Position numbers and translations under genes: made by a program. Source: Chthonomonas calidirosea (GTDB lineage: Bacteria > Armatimonadota > Fimbriimonadia > Fimbriimonadales > Fimbriimonadaceae). Taken from it: DNA of 64,000 nt. The DNA is taken from NCBI GenBank assembly GCA_945859975.1, contig CAMAPH010000005.1:37977-101976 (forward strand). Direction: 5' to 3'. Positions within the stretch are counted from its first letter, which is position 1; every line of letters starts with the position of its first letter. Positions 1 to 10,390 of this stretch are shown piece after piece. The notes below the pieces were generated by a model. That model ran no database searches. It had not been told where the DNA came from and worked only from the letters and a program-made list of their open reading frames with translations.

Positions 1-1069
1 CTTGAATGGAGCGTTCCGATTCAACGTGCAGATCTATCCGGTTTTCCCAAGCGGGATTGCCCAGCACGATTTGGCTGAGTTGAACGGAGCCCGTGACTCC
101 CAGCGGCGCATCTTGGTCGTGGCGCGCAAGCAACATCAGATCGTCCGAAATCAAGCGAAGCTGCTTTGCAGAGCGATCTACCGATTGAACGACTTCTAGA
201 TACTGCTCCGCGGTCCGCGGTGCACGAAGAGCGCTGCCGGTTCGCGCAAGAATTGCCGTTAAAGGAGTCTTGATCTCGTGCGACGCATCCGCAGTGAACT
301 CTTGCAGTCGCGCAAAGCTACTCTCGATTCGATCCATGGCCGAATTGAAAGCCATGGCAAGGGTCGATAACTCATCGTTACCGGTCACCGGTAAGCGCTC
401 GTTCAGGTTCTGCGACTCGATTTTCGCAACGGAGGCAGCGAAACTGGAAATTGGAGACAGCGCATGCTGAGTGAGGAAGTAGCCGGCAATAAGGGACGTC
501 AAAATTGCCGTCGGCAATAGGGTTAGAACGGTCCTTCGCAATCTTGCCTGCTCTTCTCGCACGCTGCGCATCGGCCGCGCAATTTGTCCTGCACCGACGA
601 TCTTTCCCTTTCGCAGAAGCGGAACCGAATAGATTCGAATCTCGGTCGCTCCGGTGCCTTCGATCTGTTCCGGGACGGTGGCGGTGACGAAACCTGCCTT
701 GCCTTTTAGGGATTGGTTGTAGAGTTCAGCGTCCCAAACTGGTCTTCCGGGCGCGGCCATCTCCTTTGGATCAATGAACTTCATGCGCGGGAAAAGGAAC
801 TCGCGTTCAACTAGAAAATTCCGCACCGCATTGGGGTCGGCCCCAAATTTGCTGAAGGCGGCGATTCGCTTTTCTGCATCGGGAGGCATGCCCATTCGAA
901 GCGGCAGGTTCACCCACTCCGTCGAAAACGCGTCCCCACCGGCTGCCAGCTCACGGTCGACTTGGTTTTCCAGATGCCAACTTGACATCAGATAAGTGGC
1001 TAAACAAAGCGCCGAAAGGATGAGCCCCAATACCAAGGAGTTAGCCACCGTCAAGCGGACGCGGATCAA
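1..1069 (-). CDS. Sensor histidine kinase (HAMP-HisKA), 3' end runs off the window
   Basis: Not in the ORF track; read manually. TTG at 1069 directly after the regulator stop gives MIRVRLTVANSLVLGLILSALCLATYL (TM), then a HAMP region and H-box FTADASHEIKTPLTAI. Confidence 0.9.
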   Translation of the reverse strand, partial: MIRVRLTVANSLVLGLILSALCLATYLMSSWHLENQVDRELAAGGDAFSTEWVNLPLRMGMPPDAEKRIAAFSKFGADPNAVRNFLVEREFLFPRMKFIDPKEMAAPGRPVWDAELYNQSLKGKAGFVTATVPEQIEGTGATEIRIYSVPLLRKGKIVGAGQIARPMRSVREEQARLRRTVLTLLPTAILTSLIAGYFLTQHALSPISSFAASVAKIESQNLNERLPVTGNDELSTLAMAFNSAMDRIESSFARLQEFTADASHEIKTPLTAILARTGSALRAPRTAEQYLEVVQSVDRSAKQLRLISDDLMLLARHDQDAPLGVTGSVQLSQIVLGNPAWENRIDLHVESERSIQ

Positions 1070-1741
1070 TTAGGCCTCACTTTTGAGAATATATCCGACT
1101 CCATAGATGGTGTGGATAAGCTTCTTAGAAAAGGCACTATCAATTTTCTTTCGCAAGTTTCGCATGTGCGCATCAACCGTGTTGGAGCTAGTGTCATCCG
1201 CATTCCACACGATTTGCTGAATAATTTCGCGCGTCAGTACCCGACTACTTCGCATGGCAAGGGCTGCCAGCAGATCATATTCCCTTGGGGTCAAGTGGAT
1301 GTGCTGCCCGGCGCGCTCAACACGTCGTTGGGCGGTATCGACAACAAGATCATCGACTTGAACGATCGCCGACTTAGCCGCCAGCTCACGTCGAAGCAGC
1401 GCACGGATCCGCGCCAAAAGTTCCTCGAACTCGAATGGCTTAGCCAAGTAGTCGTCGGCCCCGGTGTCAAGTCCGGTCACGCGATCTTTCAGCGCATCGC
1501 GGGCAGTCAGCATCAGCACCGGGGTGGTATCCCCTGATTCGCGCATCCGCTGGCAGACCTTAAACCCGTCGGCTCCCGGCAACATCAGGTCCAGAAGAAC
1601 GACCGAAAACTTCGCGCGGCTCAAAAGCCGGATTGCCCGCTCGCCATCTCGAACGATGTGGACGTCATAACCAACGTCTTCCAAACCCGTGCGCAACGCC
1701 GCCGCAATCTCTTGATCGTCCTCTACCACCAACACTCGCAT
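1070..1741 (-). CDS. OmpR/PhoB-family response regulator
   Basis: MRVLVVEDD, LLDLMLPG, GADDYLAKPF and C-terminal wHTH IHTIYGVGY. Confidence 0.95.
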   Translation of the reverse strand: MRVLVVEDDQEIAAALRTGLEDVGYDVHIVRDGERAIRLLSRAKFSVVLLDLMLPGADGFKVCQRMRESGDTTPVLMLTARDALKDRVTGLDTGADDYLAKPFEFEELLARIRALLRRELAAKSAIVQVDDLVVDTAQRRVERAGQHIHLTPREYDLLAALAMRSSRVLTREIIQQIVWNADDTSSNTVDAHMRNLRKKIDSAFSKKLIHTIYGVGYILKSEA

Positions 1742-1854
1742 ATGAATCGATAATACGCCCACAAAGTCGGCAGGAAGGACTTTTGAGGGGCGTCTTCAGA
1801 ATTCCTTAATGATTAGTGTTCAGGCAACAAGTGAGATTCTGAAGGTGCAGATTG

Positions 1855-1883
1855 TCTTCACAACTTCCTCGATAATTCCTCGT
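1855..1883 (+). promoter_or_regulatory. Three direct repeats with 11-bp period (TCTTCAC / TCCTCGA / TCCTCGT), putative OmpR-type binding box
   Basis: Repeats start at 1855, 1866 and 1877 in the divergent intergenic region between the response regulator and the Spy/CpxP-like gene. Confidence 0.45.
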
Positions 1884-1918
1884 TAACTCTAATCGTTCCA
1901 CCAGATTGGAGTCAGCTT

Positions 1919-2458
1919 ATGAACAATAGATCGATTACGATTGCCGTCATTGTCGCCGGAATCCTCGTTGCCGTCGGGGTCAATTTTGCAGTACGGCAGA
2001 GCACGAGCACCGGCGACGCCGAGTCTCTGCGCGCCCAACAAAAGGCGGCTGGGCTACCGGAGAACGCGACCGCGGTTCGCAGACCAAATCCGGGCCAGAT
2101 GTTTGCCAGCCTGAATCTCACGGAAGACCAGAAGACAAAGGTCGATGCGGTGATGAAAGAGATGCAGGCCGAAATGCGAAACGGCCCTCGACCCGGTTCC
2201 TCCTCCGGCGCCAACCCGGAACAGATGTTCGCGCGAATGCAGGAGATGCGGACCAAACAAGAGGGGAAGCTCAAGGACATCCTGACCGCGGAGCAATTCG
2301 CCCAGTTCCAGAAAGAGCAACAGGAGCGCGTCGCAAACATGCCGGCAATGGGTGGCCTAGGTGGTCCCGGTGGTCCTGGCATGGGTGGGCCGCCAATGGG
2401 AATGCCCGGAATGGGAGGCCCCTCGATGGGCGGACCGCCAAGCGGCATTCCTAACTGA
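1919..2458 (+). CDS. Spy/CpxP-like (LTxxQ) envelope protein with Gly/Pro/Met-rich tail
   Basis: N-terminal hydrophobic anchor; two LTxxQ motifs ([15 protein letters not shown]). Confidence 0.7.
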   Translation: MNNRSITIAVIVAGILVAVGVNFAVRQSTSTGDAESLRAQQKAAGLPENATAVRRPNPGQMFASLNLTEDQKTKVDAVMKEMQAEMRNGPRPGSSSGANPEQMFARMQEMRTKQEGKLKDILTAEQFAQFQKEQQERVANMPAMGGLGGPGGPGMGGPPMGMPGMGGPSMGGPPSGIPN

Positions 2459-2498
2459 ACGCCTATTTTCAACACCCGATCAATCCGAGCCCAAAAAC

Positions 2499-3209
2499 AT
2501 GAAAAACAGAACTGCCTTCACGCTCATCGAGCTTCTCGTCGTCATCGCGATTATTGCGATCCTCGCCGCCATCCTCTTCCCCGTCTTCGCCCAGGCTAAG
2601 GAATCTGGGAAAAAGAGCACTTGCCTTAGCAATGCCAAGCAGCTTGGAACCGCGACCTACTTGTACTTTGGCGACAATGATGATCAACTGATGAATGCCG
2701 TTTTCGGACCTCCCGGCGCAGGTTTGGAAGGTGGCTGGATCTACTTCGACGAGTTCCCCGCGAACACCGTCACCGAGCGTGCCGACGGATTCGATGCCAA
2801 AAGAGGCTCGCTCTACCCGTACATCAAGTCGGCCGAGGTTTTCGTTTGCCCGAGCGATGTCAACGGTCGGAACAGTGGGAATACCTACGCCATCAACAGC
2901 TGCCTCACCAAGATTGAGAGCTTCGGGTTCGCCACGGGAAAGAGCTCAACCTCTACCGAAAGTCCGGCGCAGTTTGTGCTCTTTGGTGAGGAAGTCTTTG
3001 ACGATGAAGGCGCCGGCGATGCCTCGTTCCTCTCACAGTCATCGACCCCCGACGGCTTCCTCGTTTATCCCATCAAATACCTGTCGACTCGGCACAGCGG
3101 CGGTAGCAACTCAACCTTCCTTGATGGCCATGCGAAGTGGTACAAGCCAGAGCAATTGATTGCCCAAAGCCTTCTCACGGGTGGGGATGCGCTTCAAACC
3201 TGCCAGTAA
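2499..3209 (+). CDS. Prepilin-type N-terminal cleavage/methylation domain protein with H-X9-DG C-terminal motif (DUF1559-like)
   Basis: [56 protein letters not shown]. Confidence 0.9.
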   Translation: MKNRTAFTLIELLVVIAIIAILAAILFPVFAQAKESGKKSTCLSNAKQLGTATYLYFGDNDDQLMNAVFGPPGAGLEGGWIYFDEFPANTVTERADGFDAKRGSLYPYIKSAEVFVCPSDVNGRNSGNTYAINSCLTKIESFGFATGKSSTSTESPAQFVLFGEEVFDDEGAGDASFLSQSSTPDGFLVYPIKYLSTRHSGGSNSTFLDGHAKWYKPEQLIAQSLLTGGDALQTCQ

Positions 3210-3219
3210 GTGAGAGCGC

Positions 3220-4566
3220 TTACCGCCGAATAAGGGCAACCAGTTCGGCGGTCTTCTCTTCCATCAAAGCGCGGTCTCCGCGAGATTCGACGTTCAGTCG
3301 AATCACGGGCTCGGTATTTGATCCGCGCAGGTTGAAGCGCCAGGTTCCAAGATCAATCGACAGTCCGTCCGTGTGATCCACCGTGCCCTGCGGGCCGTAG
3401 ACTGCCTCCGCCTCCGCCAAGACGTCCGAAACGCTGTTCACCTTGCTGTTCACTTCTCCGCTGCACGGATAATTCTCGATCATCTCGGTCACGAGGTCAC
3501 CAAGTGATCGACCGGTCTGGGAAACCAGTTTCGCGACCAAGAGGAACGGAATCATGCCGCTGTCGCAGTACCAGTGAGATTTGAAATAGTGGTGGGCGCT
3601 CATCTCGCCGCCGTAGGTCGCATCGACTGCCCGCATCTTCTCTTTGATGAAGGCATGGCCAGACTTGCACATCACCGGATTTCCGCCGAGCTTCTCGACG
3701 ATGTCAAGCGTGTTCCAGGTCAAGCGTGGGTCGTAAACGATGGTGTCTTTGGTGCCATCCGTGAGTAGCGACTGCGCGAGAAGGCCAACGATGTAGTAGC
3801 CCTCGATAAAGTTGCCGTGCTCGTCGAAGAAGAAGCAGCGATCGTAGTCGCCATCCCATGCCACACCGAAGTCGTGATCGCTCGACTTGAGTTGAGCTTC
3901 AGTTTCTGCTCGAGATTCCTCAAGAATAGGGTTGGGAACGCCGTGCGGGAAGTTGCCATCTGGCTCGAAGAGTCGCTTCGTGATCTGAAGCGGCAGGTGC
4001 GGTAGGAGCTGCTCCAAGGCAACCCCGGCGGCACCATTGCCGACATCACAAAGCACTTTAAGGGGCTTCAGCGAGCTCGGGCTAACGATGTTCAGGAGGT
4101 GCTGGGTGAAGTCGGCATAGACGTCCTTCTCAATCCGCTTGCCTTCTCCGGTTCGCTCCCACTTCTGCTCAAAGGCGCGCTGCTCAATCTCATTGAGTCC
4201 GGTGTCGCCGCTAATGGGTCGGCTCTCTTCGCGAACCATTTTGAGGCCGTTGTACTCCGGCGGGTTGTGGCTGGCGGTGATCATGCAACCACCGTCGTAG
4301 CCGTAGAACGCGGTCGCAAAGTAGACCATCTCCGTTCCAACCATTCCGAGGTGAACCACATCGACGCCGGCATCATTCAATCCGCGCGCGAAGGCGTCAT
4401 ACAGTTCGGGGCCGCTGAGGCGGATGTCGTAGCCAACGCACACGACCTTTGGCTGAATGGCATCCGCGTAAGCTCGTCCGACTCGGTAAGCAAGGTCAGG
4501 ATTTAGTTCGGTCGGAACTACGCCGCGAACGTCATATGCCTTAAATGCCGGAAAGAACTTACCCAT
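3220..4566 (-). CDS. manB: Phosphomannomutase/phosphoglucomutase
   Basis: FKAYDVRG, phosphoserine motif ITASHNP, metal loop DGDYDR, GEMSAH, RGSNTEP. Confidence 0.93.
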   Translation of the reverse strand: MGKFFPAFKAYDVRGVVPTELNPDLAYRVGRAYADAIQPKVVCVGYDIRLSGPELYDAFARGLNDAGVDVVHLGMVGTEMVYFATAFYGYDGGCMITASHNPPEYNGLKMVREESRPISGDTGLNEIEQRAFEQKWERTGEGKRIEKDVYADFTQHLLNIVSPSSLKPLKVLCDVGNGAAGVALEQLLPHLPLQITKRLFEPDGNFPHGVPNPILEESRAETEAQLKSSDHDFGVAWDGDYDRCFFFDEHGNFIEGYYIVGLLAQSLLTDGTKDTIVYDPRLTWNTLDIVEKLGGNPVMCKSGHAFIKEKMRAVDATYGGEMSAHHYFKSHWYCDSGMIPFLLVAKLVSQTGRSLGDLVTEMIENYPCSGEVNSKVNSVSDVLAEAEAVYGPQGTVDHTDGLSIDLGTWRFNLRGSNTEPVIRLNVESRGDRALMEEKTAELVALIRR

Positions 4567-4654
4567 GCGCTGATTGTAACCCGGCACCGCAAGTACCTTG
4601 TGCCAGACGGCAACGTTGAGGTGACTTTCGACCGGGTCAGGTACGTTCGAAAGC

Positions 4655-5506
4655 GTGAATTTGTCTCATTTGATCGGCGCTCACATGCCCACCGGCAAAG
4701 GACTCGGCAACGCCGTACGCGCCGGTAAAGCCATCGGCTGCACCGCTGTTCAGGTGTTTACAAGTTCTCCGCAAACATGGCGAGCAAAAGCCATTACCTC
4801 CGACATGGTTGAGGATTTTCGTGCGGCGAAGGAAGAAACCGGCATCAGCGCCATCGTGAGTCATGACAGTTATCTGGTCAATCTCTGTGCACCCGATTTG
4901 GACAAGCGAGCCCAATCCATTCGCGGGCTAACTGATGAACTTCGCCGATGCTCGACTTACGGAATTGGGTTCGTTGTCTCGCACATGGGCAGCCACATGG
5001 GCCAAGGGGTGGAAGAAGGCATCCGGGCCGTGGCGGAGTCCGCCAAAGAAGTCCTTGCCGAGTCCCCGGATGACGTGATTCTCCTCATGGAAACGACGGC
5101 CGGTCAAGGAAGTGCGCTCAACCACCGGTTCGAGGAGATCGCCAGCATGCTTGAGCAAATCGATTCCCCACGAGTCGGGGTCTGCCTGGATACGTGCCAC
5201 ATCTTCGCGGCGGGATACGACATTCGCACCGAGGAAACCTACGCGGCCACCTTCGAGGAGTTCGACCGTATCGTCGGCACGAGCCACATCAAGGCAATCC
5301 ATGTGAACGACAGCAAGAAAGCGCTCGGTAGCCGCGTTGATCGGCACGACCATCTTGGTGAAGGCGAGATCGGCCCGGTGGCGTTCCGGTGCTTGGTGAA
5401 CGACTCGCGGTTCCTGGGCGTCCCGATGACGGTGGAAACACCAGATGCGGAAACGGACCACGTTCGAAACGTTGCGCTCCTCTGGGAACTTGTTTCTGGG
5501 GGTTGA
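4655..5506 (+). CDS. nfo: Endonuclease IV
   Basis: IGAH, HDSYLVNL, METTAGQG, CLDTCHIFAAGYD, HVNDSK, DRH. Confidence 0.95.
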   Translation: MNLSHLIGAHMPTGKGLGNAVRAGKAIGCTAVQVFTSSPQTWRAKAITSDMVEDFRAAKEETGISAIVSHDSYLVNLCAPDLDKRAQSIRGLTDELRRCSTYGIGFVVSHMGSHMGQGVEEGIRAVAESAKEVLAESPDDVILLMETTAGQGSALNHRFEEIASMLEQIDSPRVGVCLDTCHIFAAGYDIRTEETYAATFEEFDRIVGTSHIKAIHVNDSKKALGSRVDRHDHLGEGEIGPVAFRCLVNDSRFLGVPMTVETPDAETDHVRNVALLWELVSGG

Positions 5507-5530
5507 ACAGAAACGTAAGGAGCGTTTTCT

Positions 5531-5607
5531 TGGGGCGGATAATGGGTCTCGAACCCACGGCCTCCTGAGCCACAGTCAGGCGCTCTAACCCCTGAGCTAT
5601 ACCCGCC
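5531..5607 (-). tRNA. tRNA-His (GUG) with encoded G-1 and CCA
   Basis: Minus strand GGCGGGTATAGCTCAGGGGTTAGAGCGCCTGACTGTGGCTCAGGAGGCCGTGGGTTCGAGACCCATTATCCGCCCCA: cloverleaf, anticodon GTG, C discriminator. Confidence 0.97.
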
Positions 5608-5644
5608 GAACCCATAAATGATACCCAAGCCCAAAGCCGATCGC

Positions 5645-5959
5645 TCACTGGTCGCGATTGGGCGGCTTTGGTGACCAGTTAGCGGGAAGCGGGGGCGGCT
5701 CCGATGCGTTCTTTCGGGCTCGGATAACAATCCAAGGCAAAGCAACCACTTTCACCGCAATCGTCGCCACCAGAATCCAGATTGTCCAAGTGATGACATT
5801 GCCAATCGCGACATCCAAGCCGTTCAGTTCGCTATAGATCCCGTTCTCGCGCTCTCGGTTGAAGACCATTTGGAGCAGATACAAAATCCCGATCCCCGCG
5901 ACATCGAAGATCATTGTCGCGATCACGCACCCGGGACCCATGAATTTGCGCTGGTTCAC
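5645..5959 (-). CDS. Small membrane protein with two TM helices
   Basis: Two hydrophobic stretches and a Pro-rich tail; fills the intergenic space. Confidence 0.6.
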   Translation of the reverse strand: MNQRKFMGPGCVIATMIFDVAGIGILYLLQMVFNRERENGIYSELNGLDVAIGNVITWTIWILVATIAVKVVALPWIVIRARKNASEPPPLPANWSPKPPNRDQ

Positions 5960-6018
5960 CCTTTAAGCAATATAGCTTTTTGAAGCTACCATCGTCCCGG
6001 AAATGCCAGACTTGCCAC

Positions 6019-6525
6019 GTGTCGGAAGTCCTCATCGCGTTCGGAAGCAACCTGGGTGACCGGCTTGGTCAGATTCAGCGCGCGATCGACGCCCTCTCGG
6101 GTCCTGTTCGCTGGCGAATGGTCAGTCGGGTCTATGGCACTTCGCCGATGTACGTTGCCGATCAGCCGACCTTTCTGAACGCTGCCGCACACGGTGAAAC
6201 CGACCTTGATCCGATTGCATTACTTGCGCTGCTTAAGCAGACCGAGCGGGACCTTGGCCGAAAGCCAGGACTGCGATTTGGGCCAAGAGAAATCGACCTT
6301 GATTTGATCGATATGCGGGGCGTGACGATGGAGACTGAGCAATTGGTCCTACCTCATCCGCGAGTGACCGAACGTCGCTTTGTGCTTATTCCGATCTTGG
6401 ACGTTGCGCCAGATTGGCAATTTGCGGGTTTTTGTATCCCAGACCTGCTCAAGCAAACAGAAGATCAAGCAGAATCCGTCTTAGAGGTAATCGATGCCGT
6501 TCTACACCTACCAGGCCACGAATAG
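6019..6525 (+). CDS. folK: 2-amino-4-hydroxy-6-hydroxymethyldihydropteridine diphosphokinase
   Basis: IAFGSNLGDR, FLNAA, GPREIDLDL, LPHPR..ERRFVLIP; start set at GTG 6019. Confidence 0.93.
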   Translation: MSEVLIAFGSNLGDRLGQIQRAIDALSGPVRWRMVSRVYGTSPMYVADQPTFLNAAAHGETDLDPIALLALLKQTERDLGRKPGLRFGPREIDLDLIDMRGVTMETEQLVLPHPRVTERRFVLIPILDVAPDWQFAGFCIPDLLKQTEDQAESVLEVIDAVLHLPGHE

Positions 6526-7837
6526 CCAAGGCAAATCCATAAAGGGCAGCATTCAGGCGGATAGCCAAGCCTCGGCCCAGGATGCTCTGCAAAGGCAGGG
6601 CTTCCAAAGGGTGAGCTTTGTGGGCAAGTCGGCGACGGGTGTTGGCCCAACGGCGAAGCGCGCGACCGTAGCTACTCCACCTGCGTTCGCAGCTGCTCCT
6701 AGTGCAGCGCGAACGGCCTCTCCACCAGCAGCGCCACGTCAGCCACAGGTTACAGCGCCCGCAACGCCTTCGGCGATCCGAACTAAGATTGGCTCGCACA
6801 AAACACGCTACTTCCTCTTCACGCAGTTAGCGGCCGCAATCCGATCTGGCATCGCCCCCAGTGCGGCGATGACCGATATCTCCGCCAGAACTCAAGAACC
6901 GTTTCCAGAAGCTTTGCGAGAAATTGCCGACCGGGTTACCGAAGGTGGGAGCATCGCTGACGCAATGGAGAGGTACCCGGACTTGTTTCCTCCCGACGTC
7001 GTCGGCACAACTCGGGCCGGTGAGACGGGCGGATTCTTACCCGAGGCATTTGATGAGATCGCACGACAAAACATCGCCGCGCATCACTTCCAGCGTTGGT
7101 TCAGATGGGTTTACGTCCTCGTCGTAAACGCAGTCCTCGGCCTCACCTTCATGCAGTACGCGATGAATTCGCTTTTTGATATGTGGCGCTATGCCGACAA
7201 AACCGGCGGCGTCGGTCAGGACTACTATGCGGCGAATCGGCAGATCATGTGGAGCAGGTTCCTCTGGCCGGATGGACCGATCATTCTCTCCATCTGCTTG
7301 CTTCTCTGGTTGGCGAAAGAGATCTTTATGTCCCGAAAGGCCACGCCGTTGCGGCATCGGCTCGGGCTCAAGCTTCCCATTCTCGGACCGCGAGCCCGAA
7401 ACGAAGGTTACGCCCGACTTTCATGGGTGCTTTCCCGCTTGAGCCGAGCCGGCTTACCGCACGGAACGGCCTATCTCCTTGCTACCGACTCCGTTCCAAA
7501 CCGCGAACTTTCGGCGAATCTGGAAGAAGCCGCCAGGGGAATGACCGAGCGAGACAGACTGTCGGATATCTTTGCTCGCCACCGAAATTTTCCCGAGGAG
7601 TTCGGCGCGACGATGGCGACCGCCGAGTACACGGGCGACTTGCCGGGTGGCCTTGACCATTTGACTCAGATGAGTTCAGCCGACTACATTGCGAAAGAAA
7701 CCTATGCGAAGTTCAGGCTCGGACTCATGGGTTGGGCGGTGCTAATCATTACGGGTCTTTTGATTGGCATGATTCTGTTGAAAGCCTGGTATGTCGACCT
7801 GCCCAAAGAAGTACTGTCCGGTTTAGAACCGTCGTAA
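6494..7837 (+). CDS. Type II secretion F / PilC-family protein (divergent paralog)
   Basis: MPFYTYQA N-terminus; two T2SSF-like repeats (YPDLFP..RAGETGGFL; TAEYTGDL); TM helices. Confidence 0.85.
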   Translation: MPFYTYQATNSQGKSIKGSIQADSQASAQDALQRQGFQRVSFVGKSATGVGPTAKRATVATPPAFAAAPSAARTASPPAAPRQPQVTAPATPSAIRTKIGSHKTRYFLFTQLAAAIRSGIAPSAAMTDISARTQEPFPEALREIADRVTEGGSIADAMERYPDLFPPDVVGTTRAGETGGFLPEAFDEIARQNIAAHHFQRWFRWVYVLVVNAVLGLTFMQYAMNSLFDMWRYADKTGGVGQDYYAANRQIMWSRFLWPDGPIILSICLLLWLAKEIFMSRKATPLRHRLGLKLPILGPRARNEGYARLSWVLSRLSRAGLPHGTAYLLATDSVPNRELSANLEEAARGMTERDRLSDIFARHRNFPEEFGATMATAEYTGDLPGGLDHLTQMSSADYIAKETYAKFRLGLMGWAVLIITGLLIGMILLKAWYVDLPKEVLSGLEPS

Positions 7838-7845
7838 AAAATCCT

Positions 7846-9156
7846 ATGCCTACCTTTGAGTACCAAGCGACAAAGTCCACCGGGGAATCCACGCGTGGAT
7901 TGCAATTCGGCGCGACCTTGGAGCAGGTGCTCAAGGACCTTGCCGACAAGGGTTTGAACGTCACCCAGATTGGCGTTGCGGCGACCAGCGGTTTTCCCGC
8001 CGATCCGCTTGCCGCGCAGCCGATGCCGATGGCTGCTCCGACAGAAGTCCGGGCGGAGGGACCATTCGAAGTTCCAACGTCCGCTCCCGGGCCCGAAAAG
8101 GACACTTTCAGCGAACGGTCTTACGCCGCGACCAGCGTTTGGGGCCCGTTGGTCGGTCAAGTGCCGCTGAAGAATCTCGTCTTCTTCTTCCGACAAGGCG
8201 GGACGATGTTGCACGCTGGCGTTCCGATGGTGCAGGCATTCAACACCCTCGCAAACCAGTCAAAGAATCCAAAGCTGCAAGGGATTTTGCGCGAAGTTTC
8301 CGGACATATCGAAGCAGGACGACCGATCTCATTTGGCCTCCAGCGTTACCCAGAAGTTTTTAATGGCGTGATCATCAGCATGCTCCGCGCCGGCGAAAAG
8401 GGCGGCTTTCTCGATCAGGCGATGAGCGATATTGCCGACTATTTGGAGCGCGAACTTGAAATCCGCAACCTGTACAAGCGGCTGACGTTCTATCCAAAAA
8501 TCCAGGTCTGGGCATCGATCGTTATCGTCCTTGCGGCCAACGCGATCATCGCGAGTGTCAATGCCAGCGCCGGACAGTTGAGCTCTCCGTTGACCACGCC
8601 ATCGACTTGGATCTGGCTTGGACCGCTGATCATCCTCATCTTGCTTTTTCGAAAGGTCGGATTGGCCAACCCGCAGATTCGCTATCAGTGGGACCAGTTC
8701 ACCACCAAGCTCCCCGTGTTTGGACAGACCATGCAGGAGCTTGCAATGGCCCGATTTGGCCGCGCCTTTGGCGCAATGACCAAGAGCGGGGTTCCACTCT
8801 CTGCCGCCATGAAGATCAGCGCCGATGCTTGCGGGAACGAGTACTTGCGGTCGCTTATGTATCCGGCGGTTGACCGTCTTGAAACAGGAGCCGGAATCAC
8901 GGAGACTCTTAAAGACACTCGAGCCTTCTCGCCCATCGTGCTCGATATGATTGCCACCGGCGAAACCACCGGCAACCTGGACCTCATGCTCAACAAAATG
9001 AGCGAGTTTTACGAGCAAGAGGCAACGACAAAGTCAACCCAGCTTGCCTACTTGGTCGGCGTTGTCCTCGGTCTTTGCGTTGCAATCTACATCGGATACA
9101 TCGTCATCAACTTCTACACCGGCTACTTCAGCGGGCTTCAACGCGCCGCGAACTGA
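7846..9156 (+). CDS. pilC: Type IV pilus platform protein PilC/GspF
   Basis: MPTFEYQA; MLHAGVP; RAGEKGGFLD; MIATGETTGNLDLML. Confidence 0.9.
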   Translation: MPTFEYQATKSTGESTRGLQFGATLEQVLKDLADKGLNVTQIGVAATSGFPADPLAAQPMPMAAPTEVRAEGPFEVPTSAPGPEKDTFSERSYAATSVWGPLVGQVPLKNLVFFFRQGGTMLHAGVPMVQAFNTLANQSKNPKLQGILREVSGHIEAGRPISFGLQRYPEVFNGVIISMLRAGEKGGFLDQAMSDIADYLERELEIRNLYKRLTFYPKIQVWASIVIVLAANAIIASVNASAGQLSSPLTTPSTWIWLGPLIILILLFRKVGLANPQIRYQWDQFTTKLPVFGQTMQELAMARFGRAFGAMTKSGVPLSAAMKISADACGNEYLRSLMYPAVDRLETGAGITETLKDTRAFSPIVLDMIATGETTGNLDLMLNKMSEFYEQEATTKSTQLAYLVGVVLGLCVAIYIGYIVINFYTGYFSGLQRAAN

Positions 9157-9261
9157 GTGTGGCCAAACAAGCTTAAAGTTCGAGATAAGGTATTGCCTTA
9201 ATCATGGCAATAACTTGCTCCAACAGGGAACAATACTAAATTGTTCAGGAGGAGCGGTGGA

Positions 9262-10338
9262 TTGGCAGATCATTACGAAACCCTAGGCATCGACCGCACC
9301 GCCTCGGGCAACGAAATCAAATCGGCATACCGCCGAATTGTGTTGCACCACCACCCGGACAAGTCCGGTTCCGCCGAGTCGAAGCGCATCTTCCTGGCCG
9401 CCACGGATGCCTACACCGTACTGAACGACCCAAACGCGCGGCGTGAATACAACCAACTGCTGGCAAAGCAGGACGAGCGCAAGCGAGAAGAAGTCGCCTA
9501 TATCGAGCAAGCCGCCGCAAGGGCCGACGCACGAGAGGAGATCATTGTCCAGCGCTCGAAAACCGACCTTGCAGAGCTGCAAAATCGCCTTTCCGTCGCC
9601 TTTGCCCGCGGGCAAACGTCCACGGCAGAAAGGCTCGCGATTGAGCTCCTTCAATCTTCAATTCGGCAGCCGATGGCCCATGCGGTGTTGGGAGATATCG
9701 CCCGGGCACGCGGAGACCTGAATGAAGCGGCGAAGCGATATGCCTATGCCGCCCAGTTCGAACCCGACAATCCGGTCTATCAGCGTCGATATGAAGAGCT
9801 ACTCAACGGCTCGATGATGGTCTCGGGTCGGAGTGGCGAGTTTCTTGGAACAATGGCTCCGAGCAGAAAAGCCTTGGCCGGGGGTGCGGCGATGGCAATC
9901 ATCATTGCCATTTGTTCGGCGTTCTTGCGCGGAGCGTCCACCGAGGTTCTCTGGAGCGCGCTTTACTTCGTCGCCGCCGCGAGTTTGGGGATTGGCTTGA
10001 GTTGCGGCCGATGGATTGAGCGCTCCGAATCCGTCCTGAAATCTGCAACCGGAAGTTTTGGTGTCGGCTCGTTGCTGATGGGCATCTCGGTACTGAATAC
10101 TTGGGCTGGCGTTATCGTCTATGCCCTTATCGCTTTCTTTCAAGAAGTCCGCATTGTCGTCTTGCACTCGATTCTTCCTGGCCTAGTCGTGCTTGCGGTG
10201 CTATTCGGAATCAGCGGGGCGATCAGTGGTTCTTTCGGCTTTGGCGTTGGAACATTTGTTGTCACCGCGCCAGGCGGACTTGGCTTCCTTATTGGCTGGT
10301 TGCTCGGAGATGCGCTCCGAACTTCGGCTAATGAGTGA
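9262..10338 (+). CDS. DnaJ-domain protein with TPR-like region and C-terminal multi-TM domain
   Basis: DHYETLG...HHPDK J-domain; HAVLGDI..YAYAAQFEPDNP TPR-like segment; hydrophobic C-terminus; SD AGGAGG upstream. Confidence 0.85.
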   Translation: MADHYETLGIDRTASGNEIKSAYRRIVLHHHPDKSGSAESKRIFLAATDAYTVLNDPNARREYNQLLAKQDERKREEVAYIEQAAARADAREEIIVQRSKTDLAELQNRLSVAFARGQTSTAERLAIELLQSSIRQPMAHAVLGDIARARGDLNEAAKRYAYAAQFEPDNPVYQRRYEELLNGSMMVSGRSGEFLGTMAPSRKALAGGAAMAIIIAICSAFLRGASTEVLWSALYFVAAASLGIGLSCGRWIERSESVLKSATGSFGVGSLLMGISVLNTWAGVIVYALIAFFQEVRIVVLHSILPGLVVLAVLFGISGAISGSFGFGVGTFVVTAPGGLGFLIGWLLGDALRTSANE

Positions 10339-10390
10339 ACATAACCGCAAAAACCGCGCAAAGTAGCGTCCGGCGCGCCTACACTGAGAC

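Noticed and set aside
5506..5645. tRNA-His as an integration site
   Set aside because: No integrase nearby and I saw no duplicated tRNA 3' end; the flanking genes are housekeeping.
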